Shown here: positions 28,010 to 34,926 of the stretch, piece after piece
Layout: the number at the start of each line of letters is the position of its first letter
Numbering within the stretch: the stretch's first letter is position 1
Virus record (IMG/VR): IMGVR_UViG_3300024518_002390
Location: 7,066 to 71,065 of that record
Source: a virus
Taxonomy: Duplodnaviria; Caudoviricetes
DNA length: 64,000 nucleotides
Reading direction: 5' to 3' (one strand)
Position numbers and translations under genes: made by a program
Notes under the pieces: generated by a model
The model's database searches: none
What the model saw: the letters and a program-made list of their open reading frames with translations, nothing else
What the model was told of the DNA's origin: nothing

Positions 28010-28365
28010 TATCTACGCCTTTTCCCTTGTAACTTCTTCTTCAGCCTGGCCTTCTTGGTAGCAATGTCTTGCACTACTGACCAAACAGCGTCATCCGAAG
28101 CAAGCATGAATTCCGCAAACGACTCTTTGTTAGGCACCGAAAACAATCTTACATAGGCCTCAATTTCTAAGAGCGTTATGTGCTCGTGATTCCTTGCCCT
28201 CCACAGTTTCCCAAAGGCTGCAAAAGTATCTTGCAAATGTGCATGTATACATGGCCTATTCGCCGCCGGAGTTACACCAGGATTTTCTTCCTCTATTGAT
28301 TCGAAGAAGGCCTGTTGCTTCAAACTCCATCTTGCATGGTATCCGACGACGTCTCGGAGTTTCCC
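28009..28365 (-). CDS. tail assembly chaperone C-terminal extension (gpT-like) read by -1 frameshift
   Basis: The -1 frame after G GGA AAC gives KLRDVVGYHARWSLKQQ...EIEAYVRLF...; no separate start codon or SD. Confidence 0.75.
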   Translation of the reverse strand, partial: GKLRDVVGYHARWSLKQQAFFESIEEENPGVTPAANRPCIHAHLQDTFAAFGKLWRARNHEHITLLEIEAYVRLFSVPNKESFAEFMLASDDAVWSVVQDIATKKARLKKKLQGKRRR

Positions 28366-28757
28366 AAGTCTTCCTCCAGTGCTTCTAGCCTGTAGTTCTC
28401 GAGGTTTTGACTTTCGAGCATTACAACTTCTTTGAAGTCGGCCAACCGAGTGTCGCTTAACAATTCCAAGGCCTTCTCTTTCGAATACTCGACGACCTCG
28501 CCTTCTAACTTGAGGTTCTCCCATCCGAGCAATAACGTCTTGGCCATACACCTTGCTAGTATCTCCTCTGCCTGAGCTGTGGATACACCCTTGCGGCCTG
28601 CCTTGCGTACATAAGGCTCCATTAACCTGGCCTGCATATCCCTAAACTTGGGGTTATTGTACCGCGCTATGGTAAGCACAGTCTCATCTTCCCAAGGCCT
28701 AACCTCCGCTCCGTTTAACTCCCTCTCCGGGTCCACTGCTAAATTGATGAGGTCCAT
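28320..28757 (-). CDS. tail assembly chaperone (gpG-like)
   Basis: Between tube and TMP; E..G..V, IARY.NP.F, LLGWE.L..EG..VEYS.E.A..LL. Confidence 0.85.
   Translation of the reverse strand: MDLINLAVDPERELNGAEVRPWEDETVLTIARYNNPKFRDMQARLMEPYVRKAGRKGVSTAQAEEILARCMAKTLLLGWENLKLEGEVVEYSKEKALELLSDTRLADFKEVVMLESQNLENYRLEALEEDLGNSETSSDTMQDGV
28359..28365 (-). other. -1 programmed ribosomal frameshift heptamer GGGAAAC
   Basis: X XXY YYZ heptamer in the correct phase, in the last codons of the chaperone gene. Confidence 0.75.
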
Positions 28758-28796
28758 GTATCTCTCCTTTAGTTGGCACCTACTGAAAAATTATTA

Positions 28797-29948
28797 TTAG
28801 GCTCTGTCGATCCTGGCCATTATCCCCTGTGTCGCATGCATAATTGCTTCAAACTCGAGGTCGGCCGTAATCTCGTCGTCGTTACCAACACCAGTTACAT
28901 CACCATTCGTGTAGTAAACATTTGGCAGCGAGATCATATAGCCTGCGCCGTTAACATCCTCAATAGCTACGTTAATTGCAGAGGCCGTGTGATTGAGGTA
29001 CTTATTAAACATTACCTCATTTTCAAACAGCACAGACATACTGCCAGTCACATTGAATCGGCCTACACCAATCTCCACCGAATCCACCGAGCCCACGCCG
29101 TCGACGCCGCGCAAGTTATTGGCAAACTCAATATCGAGTTGCTGCACATACACACCAGCGCCAAGTACTGCGCCGCCTTCCAATATCCTGGCCACGTTTG
29201 CACTTGCATTCAATACAGGTGCGGTAGTCGCCGCGCCGTATGCACCCGAACCTGCTGTCGTGGCCGCTATGGATCCGCCCTTGCCCATAAAGGCAAACGA
29301 CCCGGTAACCTTTTGCCTGCTCTGTACGCTTAGAGAGAGGGTATCAACACGACTGCCAGGTACTGCATAGTATTGCGTGATATCACTAAAGAATTTCTCG
29401 AGCGTGAACGACTTTTTGGTTGTGCCGTTTGCCAATGTGGAGTCGGTAATAGTAATTGTGTCTCCAACCGCCTCAGTAATCAGCGTTCCGCCCGTTACGA
29501 CAATTTTTCCTGCGGCAAAGCTAACAACTTCAAACCAACCATTGTTTGTTGGATTGGTAGAAAAACCTGCCACCCTAATCCACTGTCCTGCAACTACAGT
29601 CGGGAAACCGGAGCCGCTATCGTTAAAGGAATTGTCGCCGACGGCAGCGTCAACTGTGGCTGCACTAAACGCCGAGTCAGTTGAAAAATCCTCATTCATC
29701 ATGCCTTCTAAGTAAATATCATGAGCGCCCGCGCTGGCCTCAAAATCAAAGCCTCCGTCTGCACTCTTACCAACCTCAACGATATCGGTGGTTTGCCGAT
29801 CGCTGCGGACCTCTTCCGATCTTTGCGTTTCTTTACGCGCACCGAGATTCTCACTGGTGTATCGGATTGCCTGCAATGCCGAGGCCGGGGTCGTCCCCCA
29901 TGTTACCTCTTCTATGCCGGCTAACTGCACTCTACTACTGTCAGACAT
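28797..29948 (-). CDS. major tail tube protein
   Basis: E.TWG.TP, R.TSE.L, SEE.RSDRQ, G.F.FE, R..VTGS..V.F, F.A. Confidence 0.85.
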   Translation of the reverse strand: MSDSSRVQLAGIEEVTWGTTPASALQAIRYTSENLGARKETQRSEEVRSDRQTTDIVEVGKSADGGFDFEASAGAHDIYLEGMMNEDFSTDSAFSAATVDAAVGDNSFNDSGSGFPTVVAGQWIRVAGFSTNPTNNGWFEVVSFAAGKIVVTGGTLITEAVGDTITITDSTLANGTTKKSFTLEKFFSDITQYYAVPGSRVDTLSLSVQSRQKVTGSFAFMGKGGSIAATTAGSGAYGAATTAPVLNASANVARILEGGAVLGAGVYVQQLDIEFANNLRGVDGVGSVDSVEIGVGRFNVTGSMSVLFENEVMFNKYLNHTASAINVAIEDVNGAGYMISLPNVYYTNGDVTGVGNDDEITADLEFEAIMHATQGIMARIDRA

Positions 29949-29963
29949 TTTGTGTCCTCCTAA

Positions 29964-30374
29964 TCAATACGTTCGTTCGAAATCGTGATCAAAATATACC
30001 TTTGCATTTACTTGCCAAAATCCCTCTCCGTCGTCTCCTAATTCTACCACCTCGGCCGCGTTACAAGTGATATCGCTAAACTGTTGGCCTTCAAATATAT
30101 CCAACACTGCATCAGCTATAACTCGCGCTTGCTGTGTACCTTTCTTAGCTTGCACAAAGCACTGTGCAATAATCACGCCAGGCCTTCGATAGAGTATTTT
30201 GCCTCCTGAATAGCCAGCCTCAAACGACTGCCTGTTCCTTACCGACAACCGTATGTGATCGCCTGTGGGAACTTTCCTGGCCTCGTTCTCATAGCGCACG
30301 TCTACGGACTGGTCAGCCCATAGCGTGTTCATCCGAGTTTCGATGGCCAAGTGTGCTGCCGCATGTGTTGCCAT
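29964..30374 (-). CDS. tail terminator-like protein
   Basis: V.YEN, GVI..Q.F....G...AR.IAD....F.G, W.VN. Confidence 0.75.
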   Translation of the reverse strand: MATHAAAHLAIETRMNTLWADQSVDVRYENEARKVPTGDHIRLSVRNRQSFEAGYSGGKILYRRPGVIIAQCFVQAKKGTQQARVIADAVLDIFEGQQFSDITCNAAEVVELGDDGEGFWQVNAKVYFDHDFERTY

Positions 30375-30790
30375 TACAGTGCGAACCTCGCAAGTTGATG
30401 TAGGTTGTTATCAATCGCTGCGTCTACCCAACCGTTCGGAGCCTGTTTGCTGGTGCCTTCCTCGAGGGAGCCAATGTAGGGTAAGTTGTTGCTAATCCAA
30501 ACAGTACTGAAAGGCGCTACAGTTGCAAGCGCTCCCACTGCCTTACCTGTTTGCGAGGCCTTAATGCTGCCTTCGTTACCACCCCTATCCGTAACCACCC
30601 TGCTCGGGCTGCCGACTGAGATAACCCAGTTATTCATAGCGCGGCCTGTATCCACCGGAGTTCCGGCCACTACATCTGCAAATATATCGAAGGACAGTTT
30701 TTTGACTACTAAGGCCACATCCACATCCATCGCATCTGCAAACCGTTGCAGGCTTACATTAAACTTCTTGCGATTGCGTATCTTAATCAT
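30374..30790 (-). CDS. HK97 gp10-like neck/tail completion protein
   Basis: TPVDTGRAMNNW, WISNNLPYI..LEEG.S.QAP.G.V. Confidence 0.85.
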   Translation of the reverse strand: MIKIRNRKKFNVSLQRFADAMDVDVALVVKKLSFDIFADVVAGTPVDTGRAMNNWVISVGSPSRVVTDRGGNEGSIKASQTGKAVGALATVAPFSTVWISNNLPYIGSLEEGTSKQAPNGWVDAAIDNNLHQLARFAL

Positions 30791-31212
30791 TCGTGGAATA
30801 CCAAAGCGCTGTCGGCACCGCCGCCAACCCTAGTCAATAAAACTTTCCATAGTCCGCCAGCTGGGTCGGCCGCAAATCCTTTAACCAACCAAGTGTCGTC
30901 ATCCTTCACCAGTTTGTCCCCTGTCGTTGGGCTTGTTTGCAAATCCACTGCGGGAATAAGCCCAAGCTGATCTCCGGGTCGAGCCACTTCAGTTAGGCCT
31001 GTCGGCAATTTTTCCATAGCGGTCTGGCCGACCGATAGAATAACTGCACGGACTTGGACCGTACTGGTATCCGAGTCGGAAGTAACATCTCCCGTTGTCG
31101 GATTATAGTCCGGCTCCTGGCCTTCGTGAATGTAGTCGACAGTCCCAGCGAGGTCACCGATCGCGCTGAATGCTGTACCAACCAAGTTTTGAATTGTGCT
31201 TTGCAATCCCAT
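30787..31212 (-). CDS. head closure (stopper)-like protein
   Basis: YNPTTG, GD....A..L...P..GD.L, position after the adaptor. Confidence 0.75.
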   Translation of the reverse strand: MGLQSTIQNLVGTAFSAIGDLAGTVDYIHEGQEPDYNPTTGDVTSDSDTSTVQVRAVILSVGQTAMEKLPTGLTEVARPGDQLGLIPAVDLQTSPTTGDKLVKDDDTWLVKGFAADPAGGLWKVLLTRVGGGADSALVFHE

Positions 31213-31216
31213 GGTA

Positions 31217-31741
31217 TTATGTCCTTACTAACGGCACCGCCGCTACCTGGCCGCCACTGGCAGCCACCGATCGCAATCGTCCTAAATGAGAAATCATTTG
31301 ATAAACCTCGTCAGGCACTGTAGGCACCCTATCAAGTTTATCGAATTCCAACTCAATAACGTCTACCTTCAAACGCTTGAGGCCTTCCGTTCCTGTTTCT
31401 GCTCCTCGGTCGGCCGCTATAAGAAGGCGGGCCTGCTCTGCTACTGCATCCTTCAGTTCGGTGGGTATTTCATTGCTATCAAACAGTTGGCCATCTCGGT
31501 CCAACGCACTATACCGAGGCCAGCGCAAGGCTTGCTCGATTGTGTACTTGTAACCTGTCCAGTCAAAGCTGTAGTCCAGCAAACGGGAAGCCCACACAAG
31601 CGCGGCCTCCTTAGTTGCTGTCGTAGCACCTGTCCAACCCGTGGCAAAAAGCCTCGACTCGTGGTACGAGTCGCCCTCTGCCTCTGTGGCGTAGCTATTA
31701 CTAGCCGCGCCTCCTACTGTTGCATCCAATACCAGAGCCAT
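31217..31741 (-). CDS. head-tail adaptor (DnaT-like adaptor family)
   Basis: ANSY-like SNSYATEAE.D.Y, A...LD, QALRWPR, IP.E.K.A.AE.A, KVDVIE.E. Confidence 0.8.
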   Translation of the reverse strand: MALVLDATVGGAASNSYATEAEGDSYHESRLFATGWTGATTATKEAALVWASRLLDYSFDWTGYKYTIEQALRWPRYSALDRDGQLFDSNEIPTELKDAVAEQARLLIAADRGAETGTEGLKRLKVDVIELEFDKLDRVPTVPDEVYQMISHLGRLRSVAASGGQVAAVPLVRT

Positions 31742-31758
31742 GCCCGCTCCCTATTATC

Positions 31759-32004
31759 CTACTCAGCGTCTGCTGCGTTACGTCCCTCGTTGGCCGCCTG
31801 TCTTGCAAGAACTTCGGCCTGGCCTTCCTCATCGAGGTCATCAAATGTAGGAGCATCGTTGCCTGCGTCACCTTCACACGCAGTCCAAGGCAAAGTGTTA
31901 CCTGCCTCCTCAGCAGCGGCATTCTCGGCCTCAAACTGATCAACGGGAATACTCATAAGGCTGGCTGGATTTGCCAGCCCGTAAACTAAAATTGTGTCTG
32001 CCAT
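31759..32004 (-). CDS. small acidic head-associated hypothetical protein
   Basis: ATG 32004 with GGAG SD. Confidence 0.6.
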   Translation of the reverse strand: MADTILVYGLANPASLMSIPVDQFEAENAAAEEAGNTLPWTACEGDAGNDAPTFDDLDEEGQAEVLARQAANEGRNAADAE

Positions 32005-32030
32005 TTCGTTCTCCTGTGTTGACAATTACG

Positions 32031-32282
32031 TTATTCGTCGTCCGCCGAGGCCTTCTTCTTCGGGGCCTTCTTTTTGGCGCGGGTAGGAAGCTTCTCGGCC
32101 TCAGATTTCGGGCCGTGCAACTTCTTGTCGTAGTCTTCCACATTAACGACACAAGGGCGGCCCTCGGGGAGGCCGTCGCACTGCACAGTTTCAACCGGGT
32201 GATGGCCCCGTAGTACAAGGCCCTTTAATGGCGTTGGCTGGCTAGTGTCGATTTTTTGGTTTGTTGATGTCACTTCTGTCAT
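32031..32282 (-). CDS. small hypothetical protein after the capsid gene
   Basis: 83 aa, basic C-terminal tail; GGAG SD. Confidence 0.6.
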   Translation of the reverse strand: MTEVTSTNQKIDTSQPTPLKGLVLRGHHPVETVQCDGLPEGRPCVVNVEDYDKKLHGPKSEAEKLPTRAKKKAPKKKASADDE

Positions 32283-32376
32283 GCTGCTCTCCTGTTACTT
32301 ACGTAAAAACTGGCCGAGGCCTTCCCAAAGAAAGACCTCGACCAAACTCCTCAGTGGTGCCAACCTAGGAGAAAAC

Positions 32377-33528
32377 CTACCCAAGCAATCTCGTCGCAAG
32401 TTCGCGTCGTACCAAGGCCGCGCCGAACAGCATGTCATAGCTGAACTGCGTTTGCTTGTGCTGACGGGAAATCTCGAGACGCAGAGAGAGACCGCTAACC
32501 GGATCGGTGGCCGATTCAATAATACTGCCAAGACCCTGTGCGCTGTCCTTCAACGGTCGTGATGCAAATGCAAACGCATCACGATGGAAGGCCAAGTTGA
32601 CGACGTGACTAGCAACAACCGTAATCGCTGCACCATCGCCGGGGGCCGCTTGCAATCCGGGTGCGATCGGAATGGTGGCAGGACCTGTCGTGGCGCCGGA
32701 GTCAACGTCGGCCGTAACAACATATGTCTGTGTATCACCTGCAAACGTAATGATGTCACCTTCGAGCAAGATACCTGTCGTATCGTTCGTCCAACCATCC
32801 GTCGGAATAGAAATCGCGCCGATTGCAGGCGTGCCGTTTGTCACTGGCGTGCCGGTTGCAACGCCCTTCGTATGCGTCGGAACTTGCTGGTCCATAAACC
32901 AATCGAACCCGAGCTTGCGGTTGATCTTGCCTTCCACAATACCTTCCGCGCTGCCGCTGAACGACATGTCTTGGAAGGCCCTGTTGTTGAGCGCGTTGGC
33001 CTCAGCGTCTGGGTCAATAACAAAGCGTCTGCTATCGAGCGGAGCAAGTTGGTTATTCAAAACCTTGCGAGCACCGGTAGCGTCCGCAGTGCCAGCACCC
33101 GTCGACAAGAACGGCGTGGTGGCAGCAGTGCCAAATGTTCCGTAAACGCCCTTGTACTTACCAAGGATGAATGCGTTCGCATAGTTCACCAAAGACTTAA
33201 CTGCCTCAGAGGCCTGCATCGGAATAACACCCGACATGGACTCCAAGACTTCTTTGTCTGTGAGGTGGAATGGTGCTTCGCGCCATTGATCGAGCGGTAC
33301 CAATGCTTGCGTTGGGGTTACGTCGACTGAAGCAGGCGGAACCACGTTCGGCGCCACTGCTCGGTCGGCAATTGCAGACGGAATCGGAATCGTTACCGTC
33401 GTGCCCTTTTGTGCTGCTTCTGCTTCGTAGTCCCTGTTTACCAGGCGAGGCATGACAGCATTTTCGCGTAAAGCCATGAGGCCTTGCGCCAGCAGCTTGG
33501 GAGCTACTACTGAAAGATCGTTAGCCAT
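32377..33528 (-). CDS. major capsid protein (P22 coat-like, with insertion domain)
   Basis: LRENAVMPRLVNRDY, GTTVTIP.P, LDQW, GFDWFMDQ, NLAFHRDAFAFA.RPL, D.L.G...R.E; start ATG 33528 with GGAGG. Confidence 0.9.
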   Translation of the reverse strand: MANDLSVVAPKLLAQGLMALRENAVMPRLVNRDYEAEAAQKGTTVTIPIPSAIADRAVAPNVVPPASVDVTPTQALVPLDQWREAPFHLTDKEVLESMSGVIPMQASEAVKSLVNYANAFILGKYKGVYGTFGTAATTPFLSTGAGTADATGARKVLNNQLAPLDSRRFVIDPDAEANALNNRAFQDMSFSGSAEGIVEGKINRKLGFDWFMDQQVPTHTKGVATGTPVTNGTPAIGAISIPTDGWTNDTTGILLEGDIITFAGDTQTYVVTADVDSGATTGPATIPIAPGLQAAPGDGAAITVVASHVVNLAFHRDAFAFASRPLKDSAQGLGSIIESATDPVSGLSLRLEISRQHKQTQFSYDMLFGAALVRRELATRLLG

Positions 33529-33532
33529 TAAA

Positions 33533-33621
33533 AGGCCCTCCATTGATGTTAATTGACTTGGAATACAACGCCATAAGTGCACTGCACAAGCGGCCAAGTC
33601 CTTCCACACCGTGGAGGGCCT
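33533..33621 (-). promoter_or_regulatory. structured 5' leader sequestering the capsid-gene SD
   Basis: Perfect 10-bp AGGCCCTCCA/TGGAGGGCCT (includes GGAGG) enclosing a perfect 7-bp GACTTGG/CCAAGTC and GTGC/GCAC. Confidence 0.55.
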
Positions 33622-33676
33622 CTCTGTTTCACCTCCGAGTTATAGGGCGGTGTTCCTGTAGTGGCAAGAGCTCAAG

Positions 33677-34480
33677 CTAATCAATTAAGACAGCTTTACC
33701 TTCTGCCAAGTCTTGTATGTGCGCCGACTTAGCAGCCTCATCGCTGCGGGAAATGCGGATAATGCCATCCGAACCCTTCTTGCCGCCGGTACCACTGCCG
33801 TCGCCGCCACTACCCGTGTTCTCCATAAACAGATACGGCGCATCCTTCGCTGTGGTGGTAGCCCACTCGGCCATTGTTAGTGGTACAGTAGGATCGGCGC
33901 CATACACAGGATTGTCATTAGCATCGAGCGCCACCAACTCCCCTTTCTCGTCTACTTTCCACGTACCTCGTGCGCGACCGACTATGTCAGCAAGTGCACC
34001 CTGCACAGGTTGGAACCCGGAGGCCGACATAACCTTGCTAACCTCAGCCTCCACAAGTACCCCGGCTAGACGAGACTGGTAAGTGCCTGCCGTTGCTGTA
34101 AGTTCGGTGACTTGCTTTTGTAGGCCTGTAATTTGATTGTCGTAATCTGCCCGAAGCCGTTCTGTGCGTGTGGCCAGCAGTTCCTCAATCTTGCCGGAGT
34201 CGATGAGCTTCTTGTCCTTCAATTCATCGGCCTGCTTTTTGAGGTCGTCGAATTCCTCCTGCTCCTCCTGCGATAGGAATTTCTTTCCCTCCAATTCCTT
34301 TAGCTGTTGGGTCAGCGTAATGTTATTGGAACGGAACTCGGCCAGCCGATCATTTGCTGACGTTACTTCCGAGGTTGGCGACATGCCTTCTACTTGTAAT
34401 ACCCACTTGCCGTCGGCTTCCTTGTAAAAAGCCTCCAGGCCTTTGGGAATCTCTTCTTTCGATGCATACCATGATTTCAT
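33677..34480 (-). CDS. capsid scaffolding protein
   Basis: Y.E.DG..VL.VEG, coiled coil, C-terminal AP.LF....GSGG; directly upstream of the capsid gene. Confidence 0.85.
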   Translation of the reverse strand: MKSWYASKEEIPKGLEAFYKEADGKWVLQVEGMSPTSEVTSANDRLAEFRSNNITLTQQLKELEGKKFLSQEEQEEFDDLKKQADELKDKKLIDSGKIEELLATRTERLRADYDNQITGLQKQVTELTATAGTYQSRLAGVLVEAEVSKVMSASGFQPVQGALADIVGRARGTWKVDEKGELVALDANDNPVYGADPTVPLTMAEWATTTAKDAPYLFMENTGSGGDGSGTGGKKGSDGIIRISRSDEAAKSAHIQDLAEGKAVLID

Positions 34481-34662
34481 TGCTTTTCTCCGTTGGCGCA
34501 CTGCGCCTGTCAATTTGACCGCAACGTGCGGCCGGTTTCAAACACGTTCTTAGAACTTCTTAGAACTCCTGTCAGCCCGCGTCAGTGCTGCGATAGCATG
34601 TCAAACGCTTAACGGGGCTGGATTGTTGTATTAGGACGCTATAGCCCTCGACAGCAGGCGTC

Positions 34663-34926
34663 TCATGCGGTTTGCACCTCGAACCCAGCTATCTGCAACT
34701 GGAGTCGATAAATATATACATTTTCCGCAGTGAACGGAATATGTCGGCCAGCATCTCCAGAGGCCTGCCCTTCCTCCAAGGGCTCCTCCTGCGCGACTGT
34801 CAATACAATACCGTTATCCTGCCAATCCTTCACCAACGCGGCCAGCTTATCGGAGCTAACATCTGTTAATACCATCGATGCATCATCCAACTTACCTACC
34901 ACCATACCCTCTTCACGAATTATCAT
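34663..34926 (-). CDS. small acidic protein coupled to MuF; candidate immunity/partner
   Basis: ATG overlaps the MuF TGA (ATGA); 87 aa. Confidence 0.6.
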   Translation of the reverse strand: MIIREEGMVVGKLDDASMVLTDVSSDKLAALVKDWQDNGIVLTVAQEEPLEEGQASGDAGRHIPFTAENVYIYRLQLQIAGFEVQTA

